DNA from: Magallana gigas | Lineage: Eukaryota | DNA: 64,000 nt | Reading direction: 5' to 3' | Assembly (NCBI RefSeq): GCF_963853765.1 | Contig: NC_088860.1 | Span: forward strand, 33,604,001-33,668,000 | Shown here: piece by piece, positions 36,571 through 55,807 of the stretch | Layout: every line of letters starts with the position of its first letter | How positions within the stretch are numbered: position 1 is the stretch's first letter | Notes under the pieces: model-generated | What the model was told of the DNA's origin: nothing | The model's input: only the letters and a program-made list of their open reading frames with translations | The model's database searches: none | Position numbers and translations under genes: made by a program

Positions 36571-37571
36571 GGTAACGGGTGGTTTCGCTCCGATCACTTG
36601 TTCGCGCTGAGAGGTTTCGCGCCGAGTGGTTTCGCCCCTTTTCAATATATTATATAAATATTATTAACGATCAAGGATTACCTGTATTTATCGATCTAAG
36701 CAAACCCCAAATAATTGCTAACGTTGTGTTTTATGGAATAATTCAAAATTATCGTGATTTCACTTAATCGAGCTGTCTTAATTAATGCCTTTTATATACA
36801 TTTGTGTAGTGAAGGCATTTTTAGCCAATTTTCCTTGAGCCATTATACATTGTATATCCGTTATTTCACTTAGTTATGTAAAATTTTAACATTTCTTACA
36901 TTGCTTTCTTAATGCTTTTATGAACATTTGTCATGTCATTGTCATGGGAGTGAAATCATTTTTTGCCAATTTTCCGTGATTTCACTTAATGTTAACATTT
37001 ACGAGTGTATATACATAATTTAGATAATCATAGTTTTAACATACTGAGTAGGCACAAGAACAAACCAAATGTTATATTGTAGTACGCACCAAAAATATAT
37101 TCAATGAACAAAGTCACAATTTCAATTCACAGCTATAGTCTGTCCCAAGTTATTGCTTCCATCACTTTTTGAATAGTATTTCAGAATACTAGTTCCAAAA
37201 AAAAACGCGCTTACGAATTCTTGAGATACTCATCATTTAGTTCTCCAAATTAGATCGCAATCAAAGCTATTTATTTAACGGTTTTATTGATGATGGATTA
37301 ATTGCCGACTAATTAAACTGCTCAGGCGATGTTCGTGCATGTGTATAAAATTATTGTCTAATTAAACTAAATTACTTTCTAAAACATTTAATTTACCACT
37401 TATGTATAGATAGAAATAATTTAAAAATACATATTTAAAAACAAAAGCAACAAGCAGTGTGTATTGTAGTGTTTATTAATACAATCCGGGCGAATCCACT
37501 CGGGGCGATCATGTATTCGGAGCGAAACCACTCAGCGCGAACAAGCGATCGGAGCGAAACCACCCGGATTC
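36571..37571. mobile_element. ~1.0-kb non-autonomous DNA transposon with long TIRs and 8-bp TSD CCCCTTGG
   Basis: CGGGTGGTTTCGCTCCGATCACTTGTTCGCGCTGAG near the left end is inverted (1 mismatch) near the right end. CCCCTTGG occurs at 36563-36570 and 37572-37579. Subterminal CGAAACCAC motifs are repeated. Confidence 0.85.
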
Positions 37572-37767
37572 CCCCTTGGTTACCTCTCGACAAGCTCATG
37601 CGGGTTGAAATCTTTTTGCGTCCTCTCAACGCTTCACAACACGGTGGGGAATGCTTACGTTTGAAAGTACCTGTTTGAAAGAGACAACCGAGTGACAGGT
37701 TTCGTGTAAATATTTATTCCTTGTTACAATGTTGATTTAAAGTAAATTAAGGACATAATTTGCCATC

Positions 37768-40700
37768 ATGTCTGATTCGGAGGATGAGGCACCAGATAAG
37801 CAGTTGAAAATTGTTATTATGGGAGATGGCGCTTCTGGAAAGGTGAGGAAAAACAAGAATGTTGGACAGTATCCAACGAAAAACGGTTTATCTGTATGTC
37901 ACGAACTCGGAATCGATCGATCTATACAGAGGTTATCGTTATTTCTCCTTTATTAAATTAGCTGGCTATATCCTGATAGGGGTTGTTGTGCCAATATGAC
38001 CCCAGAGAATGCCTTTAAACGTCATTGACAGTAATATTTGGAAAGTTTAAGCTCTTCAGTCTAAACTAATAACATGACAAATGTATTAGTCTGAAATTCC
38101 ACTTATCTTTATTTTTTTATTTGAAAGAAGTACACCACTTCTTGATTATAAATATGATATTGATCCTTTGTGACAATGTATATATTCATAAAATAAAATT
38201 TTATGCTGCATGCACATATGGTATTTATAGATGTTAACTATAACATAAGTAACTTTTCAAATACAAATTAAGGATATACCCCCCCCCCCCCCCCCCCAAT
38301 GAGTGTGTTTAAAATTCTTTCACAGAAATGAAATTAATGAAGAAAATTATAATTATGAAATAAAAAAAAATCCTAATGTATGATTAATTTTATAATGTTA
38401 GAGTTGTGACAGACTGGTTCAAATACTGGCACCAGATATCTCAGTGGGTAGAGCACCTGAATAGAGATTCAGGGGACCCCGGTTCAAACCCCAGTCTGGT
38501 CCATCATTATTTCTATTTCTCTTATCCCGTTACATGTGCATGGTGCTTTACCAACTCCTGAAACTAACAGGTTAACTCCTGCCCAGAGAAATTGCCTAAG
38601 GTGATATTCAAGGGCCGAGATCATTTAAAGGGGGGGGGGGGGACGTGATAGTTATACCGGTTCAAATACCGGCGCCAGATAGCTCATTTGGTAGAGTACC
38701 TGACTAGAGATTCAGGGAGCCTGGGTTCGAATCCCAGTCTGCATGGTCCATCGTTAGTTCTCCCATCCGGTTACACAGTACATGTATATATACCCGGTAA
38801 TTATTTTCTCAATGTTTATATAAATATCATTATTAAATTGATCAAGTTTAAAAACCTGGGCCTGGCTCTGATACTCAAAAGAGATACACATATAAAAGTC
38901 CTATATATCTCAGTTCAAAGGTTAAATTCAGGCACTGTGAAATCATTAAATATTTTTGTTACTTATTTAAAGAGAAATTGAATGTAAACATTTGTCTGGA
39001 AATATCATTGTATTAAGGCCTTCACAGACTAATTATATAAAAATATTGTACTTGAATATTGAGTAACTCTTTAATGTGATTTTTACTAGACATCATTGGC
39101 AACTCGCTACTCTCAAGAGCAGTTTGGAAGGAACTATGTACAGACCATAGGAGTGGACTTCTTCTTAAAGAGGATTGTGTTACCAGGTAGGTTATTGAAT
39201 TATAGATATTTACATTTTCCAGTGTCTTTGCCTGTGATAACACTACATATCGATTTTGTACTATATAACCCATCACTTCAAATGACGCCAAATTGAGGCG
39301 CTAACAGGGTTTGCTTATTTATATTTAAATACTTAATCGTACGATGGCTTAAAATTATATAAATTTAAGTATTAAGGAATCTTTCTTTGAATATTATGAG
39401 GTGATAATTTTGGTCGGGGTGGTATCAAATTTATCATAAAGCCCTTTGGCCTTTATTGGATTTGATCACGCCCCGACCAAAATTATCACCTCATAATATG
39501 CAAAGAATGATTCCTTATTCATTAAATACACACTTGCCCTCATCTTGAAATAGGAAAGATCAATATTCTTTTAATATTTAATCAGAACTGTGTTGCAATT
39601 AATTTTAATGTTAACAACCCAGCATGCATCTGCTGCATATTTTTTTTTTTTTATAAATCTCATACGTTAAACATGTGTAAGTACACTATGATTTAGGGGG
39701 CTATAAAAAGGGGAGAAACAAATTTTATTCATAAATGTACTGACTACAGAGTTAAGTTTAACATTTTTCAGATAATTGTAAAATAATCAGGACATATAAT
39801 GAACAATATTGAATTATCATTTCTATTATTATATTAATACTGGTACCTATATATTCTATTCACAGGTAGTTATTTTATGAATAAATCGATTTAAACCTAA
39901 TGTTATTGATTAAAGTAATAATTCATACCTAAATTTTAGTATACACATGTATTGATATCTATACATGCATAAAATCAAGTTAGGTTTATTTTAGTATCTT
40001 TTTTGTTGTATGGTTTTCCATCATGCATATTACAAAATGACCCAATTTGGTACATCAAATACATGAAGATGTTTATATACATACTGAAAAAAAAACCTTG
40101 GAATGTCACACAGATGCTTCAAATTATTCTGAAGCAGTATTAGGCTGGTACATGACAGATTTAACAACACTGTATGTTTATATTTTCAGGAAATGTTCAT
40201 GTTGCTCTACAAGTATGGGATATTGGTGGTCAGACATTGGGAGGTAAAATGCTGGAAACATACGTGTTTGGCTCAACTGTAAGTGTTTATTGAAGAAAAA
40301 TGCTAACCGTAGATTCCTAATTAAACATGAGGAATTAATATCTGCATAATGGGGGGGGGGGGGGGCAGATTTAAGATAAATAAATAAAACTATGATAAAA
40401 ATTGCAATTTTTCAATTTTTACATTCCCGTAATTTGATGCAAAATAATTGATTCGTGGAATTCAGTACTCTCTTGAAATAAGGAATCTCCAGTAATTCCA
40501 AGAATTGATTATTATTAATTTATTGAGAGTCAGACTTTTAAATAAAATCAATGTGTGCAATATTTCAAAGCCGTATTTACCTGCTGAGTTTATAACATAA
40601 TCTAATGTCAGTAAAATATTGTTTTAAGTGTTTTACAGCCAGTTATTTTAATATCGTAAATTTAAATTTTATGTAGGGGATTTTATTGGTCTATGACATC

Positions 40701-41852
40701 ACCAACATTGCTAGCTTTGAGAATGTAGAGGACTGGTACAGCTGTGCAAAGAAAGTGTTCGGAAAGGACAGCAAAATGCCACACTTAGCCCTAGTAGGCA
40801 ATAAAAGTAAGTGTTTGGAAAAGACAGCAAAATGCCACACTTAGCCCTAGTGGGCAATAAAAGTAAGTGTTTGGAAAAGACAGCAAAAAGCCACACTTAG
40901 CCCTAGTGGGCAATAAAAGTAAGTGTTGAAGCATACCAGGAAGTTAATGTTAAGTGTAAGGGCAATAAAATTACATTAGAAGGCAAATTTTTTGGTGTTT
41001 ATGTTTGGCAACAAACATTATATTTAGGTACCTGAAATTTGAAAGCCTTTATTATTTACTGTTTTTTGGTATGAAAATTTTATGACAAGCAGATTAGATT
41101 GATATTTTAATTACAGGACTGTATAAACTGGCATTGAACAGTTTTGTGTATTTTTTTTTTTTAGCACTTGCTTATTAATTTTTCTTAGAATAAACTTTTG
41201 AAATTTTAAATACCGGTAGTGTTTAGAATAACAAATTGAAATTGGATGCAAAAATTTCCGTTTCAGTTGACCTTGAACACATGAGGACAGTAAAAATGGA
41301 TAAACATCAAAAGTTTGCCCAAGAAAGGGGGATGTCTAGTCACTTTGTTTCTGCCAAGACCGGAGATAATGTAAGTACAGGTATTCAGCATGTCAACTTG
41401 TGTGTTTACATATCTATAAACATCTGGAATAATGTGTTTTTCTTTATCTCAGTCATTTTTGCAATCTTTGGAATCAATTGAAGAAATTTTAGTTTCATAT
41501 AAAATTGACAACCACTATGATAAGATATTGATAAATTTCTTGTAACAATTCTTATATATAATATGCATGCATGTAAATGTGAAAATCTGTTAAAATGTAC
41601 TTTAGCTCTTTATATACCGGTAGTCATTATTTTTACATAATTCACAATTTGTAAGTTTCTTTTTCTCTCTCTCTCCAGGTCAGTTTATGTTTTCAAAGAG
41701 TAGCGGCAGAGATTCTAGGGATCCGATTAACGAAACCAGAAGTAGAGCAGCACCAACGGGTCGTCAAGGCGGAAATCATTGACTCAAAACACGAAGCAGC
41801 CGCCAAACCTGTCACTGCAACACCCAAAAGTTCACTATGCAGTATACAGTAG
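37768..41852 (+). CDS. RAB28: Ras-related protein Rab-28 (6 exons, 222 aa)
   Basis: Exons 37768-37842, 39090-39186, 40190-40278, 40677-40806, 41267-41370 and 41679-41852. Motifs: [75 protein letters not shown] and C-terminal CSIQ CaaX box, all diagnostic of Rab28. Confidence 0.97.
38416..38760 (+). mobile_element. Two tandem tRNA-derived SINE-like units (period 243 bp) in RAB28 intron 1
   Basis: Cloverleaf-like sequences at ~38430-38502 and ~38673-38749 carry an A box (TAGCTCATTTGGTAGAG) and a B box (GGTTCGAATCC). The stem CCTGA/TCAGG encloses an 8-nt loop. Both share the upstream GGTTCAAATAC(C/T)GGC. Confidence 0.75.
39373..39517. mobile_element. Near-perfect palindromic MITE (~58-bp arms), TTAA/TTAT flanks (Kolobok-like)
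   Basis: TAAGGAATCTTTCTTTGAATATTATGAGGTGATAATTTTGGTCGGGG... is inverted at the right end. Superfamily assignment is inference. Confidence 0.8.
40753..40927 (+). repeat. Triplicated exon-4 3' end plus splice donor of RAB28 (56-bp period)
   Basis: CAGCAAAA(T/A)GCCACACTTAGCCCTAGT(A/G)GGCAATAAAA|GTAAGTGTT starts at 40769, 40825 and 40881. Confidence 0.95.
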
Positions 41853-42242
41853 CAACCCTCTAACCAAGGGGCATTAACTCTTACTCGACCCCCCTAGAAT
41901 CTCTGGCATTAATTGAATTTCGGGATCTCCCTTGATCTCAGTGGAATGAAGAGTGTGAGGACAAACGATTTAATGTTATCTGGTTGTTTGTTATTACATT
42001 TCTGATGGTTGTATATTCTCATTATTTTTTTTTCTTCAGAGTGCACTTGCACCTTTTAAAGCTAAGGATATTATAGGTTTTGCATATAAAATGGCACACT
42101 GGTGTTTTGAAGTTTTATAATTCAGATACACAAATTGAAATCAACAGTAAGATAAATGTGAATTGCTGTTTTTTTTTTGGACAGTAAATTGCATTCCACA
42201 AAACCTATGAAGTATTAAAATTATAACTCTTTACAAATTGAA

Positions 42243-42453
42243 TACTGTAAACGTATTATATTTGGCTGTGTATTCTTTTTAGCGTTTTTGGTGGAAAACG
42301 GTGTCCGCTTAATCAAGTACATTGTCAAAAGTAAAATAAATAAGTAGATAAGTAGGTGAATTCAGAAATGCGCTAAATCAAATCAACGCCAACTTGTTGA
42401 AAAATCATATTCTGCCAAATATCGTACACGCTAAATATAGTACGTTTACAGTA
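42243..42453. mobile_element. TA-flanked MITE (TACTGTAAACGT...ACGTTTACAGTA); second copy at 52498-52707
   Basis: Terminal inverted repeats, and two similar ~210-bp copies within the window. Confidence 0.85.
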
Positions 42454-43474
42454 CATGAACCGTCCAGTACTAATTCAATTTTGTTATTGCATAATACTTT
42501 AATATGTGCATGTACCTATTTCCTGAAATCTGATCTTTGAGAAGTGTTAAGTTGCATAATTTGAAAGTGTATTGAAAAACAACATTTGCTGAATTGTGAT
42601 TGCTACATTAGATATTTTGAATACATGTAGTTGGTATTTTTGAAGTTAATACTTGTGGATTTTAAAGTTAGATTATGAGATTGAAGACAGAATGGTGTTA
42701 AATTTCAGCAACTTGTTTTGGCAAATGAAAGAGAAAACTTTCTTTTGATGCCAATGAATATATAACTACAGTGTACGTATATTGCAAATTGCTTGAAATG
42801 GTTGTGTCTGAATTTTTTTTCCACCCGCGTGCATTATGATACTTTGTTACCGAGTACATGTATGTATATATATGGATACTGTAACATGTTGACAATGTTT
42901 TGGTTAGATCATTGCATTACATTTTACTACATTTACATGAATGTATATTGATATTGCATCAAGAATGGCACACATGTTCAAAGTTCAAGTAGAGTTGAGA
43001 CCATGGCTTAAACCAATGCCACATTTTCATGTAAAATATTTACGGTAGTAGCTGATGGGTAGAGAATGGCTGGTGAGGGCATCAAACAAGTGATGAAAAA
43101 GGAAGCATCTTTTCAGCTGTGATACCAGTTCTTTCTGCCATCTGATACTAGATCTTCTATTTTATTTGATTCATTGATTACTTTGTTTTGAAAATGATTT
43201 TTTGAACGATTGTTTTTATATATTGCATTTTAACTCTGAGTTACTTCCCTTGGCATTTCAACCATTTTGGAGGTCAAACTTGTAAATTTTTCATTTTGAG
43301 CTGCCAAATTGAAGCAAGTTTTGCAGACAGAAATTTATGAGAAAATCTTTGCAATAATACCATTACAAATTGAAGAAGAAGAATTAAACATGGCTGTGGT
43401 TGGGGAAAAAAATGTATCCATCAAAAATCTTAAGTTGATTTTTGTTTTGAGATATTTTTAGTTTTATTGATAAT

Positions 43475-43696
43475 TACTGTAAATTCCTAATTAAACGCGA
43501 GGAATTAATATCCGCGTAAAATCGCGAGAAGCCCGTCTCGCGAATTTTAAAATCTCGCTTTTAATTTTTAGACATAAGTAAACTATATGAAACAATGATA
43601 AAATTTCGGCATTCGCGATTTTATGTTCTCGCGATTTGATGGAAAACCGTTGAATCGCGGAATTAAGTACTCGCGTAAAATAAGGAATCTACAGTA
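43475..43696. mobile_element. TA-flanked MITE (TACTGTAAATTCCT...AGGAATCTACAGTA); related copies near 12130-12310, 40300-40500, 49863-49960, 57560-57778, 59550-59842
   Basis: TIRs plus shared internal CGCGAG/AAATCGCG motifs recur through the window. Confidence 0.85.
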
Positions 43697-44971
43697 ATAC
43701 ATGATGTAGGTACTACCGGTAAATGTATTGGTCTGATATGCATTGGTTTATACTCTCACCACTTTTAATTTGTTGTAGTTTATTATGAGTGGTATGAAAG
43801 GAAAAGCCACTTATGAAGATCAAGTGACTTATTCTATAAATACAGTACTTAAGATTTTTAATAAAGATTTGAATAGTTTATAGTGTATGATGTAAAACAT
43901 GGTATTTTTGAATTTTTGTTCTTTACAATTCTTGTAAAATTGACAGAGGGTTTTTTTTGTTGAATTATTTGATCAACTGTTTTTGTGTTGTGATTCAAAT
44001 TTTTTATTCACATTCATTAATCATATGATATTCATATTCTGTTATGATAAATCGTTGTAAATTCATGTCATACTTCATGATAATTCATTCATAGAATTCA
44101 TAAAATAATATTCATTCATGTTTACTTTACCACGAGCATGCATGTCTGACCTTATTCATGCGTGCAAGTGCATACTCTTTTCAAATTACTGATAGGAATA
44201 TATTGTATTTTGTTCAGCCTGTTTTTGGTGAATTATGTTTGAGACAATGAAGTTCAATTGCTTCATATGAATTTTTTTTTTTATGTTCAATGGGACTTGA
44301 CTATTGTAAATAGCAATCGGAAAGTTTTTGTCATATACTCAATATTCATTTAATTACCCCTCGACTGAAGCCTTATGGGATATAGTCATGCATGCATGTA
44401 TGTGTCTGCACCAATAAACAGTAGGGGAGCACCAGAAAGTTACCCAGGGTATTCATCTACTCATGTCTTTCGTGTAAAAGCATGTCATACTCATAATTTA
44501 ATGGTCATTCATACTGCATGCATTCAAATAGAATGGACACTAAGTAGCAATACTTGTACGGTTTACACAATTTGTAACAATTTCATGATATACAGTGACT
44601 TCGTCTTGTCTAACTCAGTTGCTGGTTTGGTTGCATGGTTGAAGCGTCTATATTATTTGTGTTTTATTTTTCTCTGTTTGTTTATGACTCTACAGCCTTT
44701 GGGTTAATTAAAGTCGGTTGTATAAATAACAGGCTTTTATTCAGTATAATATGTATTTTAGGTAGAACATGTATTTGCATGTGCCTTTGTTTTGAGGAGT
44801 TTATTTCCTATACAAACACTGAAAAGCCTTTTCCTTTAAAAGTTAACATTCTTTTAAAAATTCAATGTGCCACTTTGTTCAGTTTGTGTTTTTAGTATGG
44901 TCTTTTTTAAATATAGTGCATTTATTTTGAATCTGGTGGTCTTTGAACTTTCAGTTGTTCCATTTCAACTA

Positions 44972-45455
44972 TAGTCTGTCCCAAGTTATTGCTTCCATTG
45001 CTTTTTGATGATTTTTAATAAAAATACACATACCTGTGAAAGAAGTACATTTGTAATCCTTGAAATGGAAAATATCCAAGATATATTCATTCATTTGACA
45101 AATTATCCCTTTTCACTCATAAAAGTTTACAGGAATGAAAACAAATTTCTTACGGCGATTTATAATTGGAAAATGTTCACATCTTTTCTCCATTCGGAAG
45201 TACTCGTGACACCTAGCGCAATTTTTCAACGTTATCATCTGGGCTTATTAATGGCTGATGCAATGCAAAATCCCCGTAGACTTTCTATATTGGGATGTGT
45301 ATTGAAACCTAAAGCGATAGAGGGGATGTTTCAAAACAGGTAATCTGAACATTTTTCATATTAGTAGATGAACATAGTTTGAACACAAATGTATTTATTA
45401 TTATCATCGAAATATCAAGCGAAAAGTGATGGAAGCAAAAACTCGGGACAGAGTA
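44972..45455. mobile_element. Tc1/mariner-type MITE with ~28-bp TIRs and TA TSD
   Basis: TA|TAGTCTGTCCCAAGTTATTGCTTCCAT...ATGGAAGCAAAAACTCGGGACAGAGTA|TA. A solo copy of the left TIR lies at ~37134-37165. Confidence 0.82.
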
Positions 45456-46995
45456 TAGTGGATATATGGGAGAATGGCCTTTATTGATATTTTTTTGTGC
45501 CCAGTTCCCTTTTTTTTTCTCCTTTAAGTTGGTGGTTTGGTTTATACCTAAATGCATCTTCATCCCATCTTTCAATTCCCCTTTCTAGTACATCAAACTG
45601 GCAAAATGTTAAAAGTATTAAATACATATTTACATGTACTTCATTTATAAGTATTAAGACACTATGATGAAGTTTTTTAAAAACTTTATTGATTTCAGAT
45701 TACAACTCAGCTAGAAATTGCTATATTATATGGTAGAATACAATTAGTAGCCATTGCTCTTTTTATCTCTATTTGGCCAGTTTTTTGCTTCTCATGTCTT
45801 AGATCATTCATCTGTTTATTAAATTTCCTTTTTGCATTTTTGAATTATCTCAAAACACTCCCAAATACCTCAGTGTGTTGCACAATTTGAATAGATAGGA
45901 CATGTATTATTTTTTCTCTGACTCTGTTTTCCAATTATGAACATTTTGTATTTACATGGGCAATACTGTATAGTATTTGGGTCTTTCTTTATGTTAAATA
46001 AATTCTTGGTGTACATTTTACCGTTTGTTTCCTGAGTGTATACTGAAGTTGAATTGGTATGATAACAATTGGGCATATGAATATTGAATGTACAGAGTAT
46101 TAAGTTTGTTTTATGTAAACGTTTATTTTTTAAAAACTGCACTTTTTTTTTTGGTTTACATGTATATTTTTAACATTTTTATAATTTGAATTTAAAAAAA
46201 AAAAAATTAATTTCAAGCATCATGGACACAGTGGGTTGAATTTGCATTCAAAGTTAAAAACTGTAACAGGAGTTCTCTCTGACAGCATTTTTTGTAGGAA
46301 TTGCCAAAGTTGGATTCAGTTAAGTTGTTTAAGCAAGCACTGCATCTGGTGATTGTTGTTCAGAAATAAAAAATGTTGACCCTTGACATTCCTCTTTTTG
46401 TTTTATAGCTATAACACTTGAGTTTGTGTTCACAATGGTGGTTTAGGGTACATATCTATATCTTATCATAACAGTAACCTAATTCAAAGAGGCAAATTCT
46501 GTCAGGTTGCTAGGCGTGGATCATCAGATCGACAAGATGCAAAGCTTCAAGTTTGTTCTTATGTTCCATATCTGGCAATGAGACTGATCCAAATCTTGAT
46601 GAGGTTACTATTGTGATGATAATTTTCTTTTATATACCCTCCCAGTAAAAGGCAAAAAAAAAAAAAATCCTTGTTTTATCAATTGTACACTGTTTACGTT
46701 TTGAATGAAACTATCCTATTGAACTCAAAAAATGCATAAAACATACCTTGTCAGCTTTTGAGAGTGCAATGGTGATACATCTGTGCAAGCCAAGGGTTTC
46801 CGAGAGGAACAGAGTGGATCATAAACCCTTGGCTTGCAAAGGTGTGGTACGCAATATGGATTTGAAAACCACAGTGTGGTGATCTGGAATTATCCTATCC
46901 CACTCAGTGAAATTAACAGTATCAAGAAAGGAAAAATTGGTCAGTAATGGCATGCTGATTAGTTCGGATGTTGATACTCTACAAAAGCAGTGAAA

Positions 46996-47174
46996 TACAG
47001 TCAAACCTCGTTATCTTGATCTAGATGGGACTGGTTAAAAACTTCGAAATATCCGAGTATTCAAGATATCAAGGGTAGAATACTTAAAGTTTAAGTGGTT
47101 GGGACTTACAAATCACTTCGAGATATCCACTGTATTCGAGATATCAGTGTTCGAGATTCCGAAGTTTAACTGTA
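46996..47174. mobile_element. MITE TACAGTCAAACCTCG...CGAAGTTTAACTGTA (mariner/pogo-type ends)
   Basis: Terminal inverted repeats with internal TTCGAGATATC subrepeats. Confidence 0.8.
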
Positions 47175-47780
47175 TTGTCTTCAATTAATAAATAATAAAC
47201 CAGATATTTCAGTTATGCTAAAATATGTGTAATAGACCTCAACATTGATGGATGTTTAGATGCTAATATTATTAGCTTATTCCATGACATACCAGTAGGC
47301 AGATGCTGCTAGGTACAGCAGACTAGATTGAATAAATGTATGGAAAGTGTAGCAATAAAATTCAATGGAACAAAAAAACTTCATGTCAGAAAACTTTTAT
47401 TTTCATTAACAAAAATTCATGTTTTTCCTTCATAGAATCATTTTTTTAAAAATCTATACGAAATTTCACAATTTATCAAATTAATTAAAAATTACAAAAC
47501 AGACACCATATACCGGGTATATATCTCCAAAAAGTCTGACACTGAATCTCGATCCACTGCACAATTTGAATACACTAATGCAACGGTCACATTATGATAT
47601 GACCACAAAATTATAAAATACTCCACGATTACTGTTACATTTTCAACATCAATGTTCACAAACGCACATACACACATAAGATGACTATGATCTCAGATTT
47701 GATGAAATATGAAATCATTTACACTATTGCAGAAATCGCACATACATTACATAATCAATATATCACAGTGAGGGTATCAA

Positions 47781-47993
47781 TACTGTATACAGGAAAATAT
47801 TCGCCCCCATTTTATTTTCGCCCCTTTTGCCCTCGTTGTCAGTGGGCGAATTTAAGACTGGGCAAATTCAAATGTTTTATATCAACTCTCTAAAAACAAA
47901 ACTGTGTCTCTGCGAATTCAAGACAGGGCAAAAGTAATTGCTAGTGTAGAAGGGCGAAAATTACACGGGGCGAAAATAACCATGTATACAGTA
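47781..47993. mobile_element. MITE TACTGTATAC...GTATACAGTA; inverted second copy at 57213-57422
   Basis: TIRs with internal GGGCGAA repeats; two copies in the window. Confidence 0.8.
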
Positions 47994-48318
47994 TATCTCT
48001 TTTGTAGTCCAGCCTTCTATACATGTAAAAACTATACAATAAGAACAAAAATTGCCCTAGCACTCAATCAGACCTATTTTGTGTAGAAAGTTTGAATGAT
48101 GTTTCCCAAAAAAACACAACACTTGGTTAATATAAAATAGACTCTACAATATGCTTTTACCTACAAGCCAGGAAGAAAACATTTCCATTTCATTCTACTG
48201 CTCATGAAGAAGAGCACAGTCAAGTATTAGTTTATAGGTTTAGGTTTTTCACTACTATAACGACCTCTTGAGAGGCCCGAAAATGTTCAGTCTTAATTTC
48301 CCTTAGATCATTACTGGC

Positions 48319-55223
<6,905 letters not shown>

Positions 55224-55510
55224 TTTGGTTGCCAACAAACTGTTTAACCGGAAGTATACACATTCCCAATCAGAAGTGAAAGGGGAAAAAATTAAAAATA
55301 TTTAAAGAATAAAACATCTTACAGATCAACGTTTATCGCACATTTAAGACATATCAATATCAATTTTTCAGTGCTAGTTTGTAATTTGTTAATTTATTTT
55401 TAAATTATAAAAGCCGGAAATGCAGGTGCGTGTTTTATCTCCGCAGTTAATAAAATAACGCACGTGTGGAGAAAATATAATCAAAACATCCATGAGATTA
55501 TAATGTAAGT
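55224..55510. promoter_or_regulatory. Putative bidirectional promoter of ANKRD42 and NUFIP1
   Basis: Head-to-head genes, with CCGGAAGT (55248-55255), CCGGAAAT (55414-55421) and CACGTG (55461-55466). A GTAAGT donor at 55505 likely ends a non-coding first NUFIP1 exon. Confidence 0.6.
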
Positions 55511-55807
55511 ATAGACGTTTAATTGTACACTATTGTTATCATTGCTAATATATAAACATACCACATTTTACGTATCTTTGTATAAACAATTCAAGACATG
55601 ACAATGGTGTCTTATTTAATTTCATAGTAGTATATAGTTGGATGTTTGGGAAAAGGGGGGGGGGGGGTACAGTAATTTTGGATTTCGGAACTGTATTATT
55701 TATCTATTTTGTGTGACACGCATGGTATCGAATTCGAACAATACCTGATAATTATAAAATCAAATACAGTTTTCCAGAATGAAAATTATTAACTAATTAT
55801 TTTCAGA

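Noticed and set aside
38430-38749. Bona fide tRNA-Ser(AGA) genes
   Set aside because: The anticodon loop is 8 nt, there is no long variable arm as required for Ser, acceptor and D stems have mismatches, and the tandem context is SINE-like.
43090-43145. Box C/D snoRNA candidate (GTGATGA...CTGA)
   Set aside because: It is only 56 nt, has no terminal stem, is not in an identified intron, and I recognised no rRNA-complementary guide.
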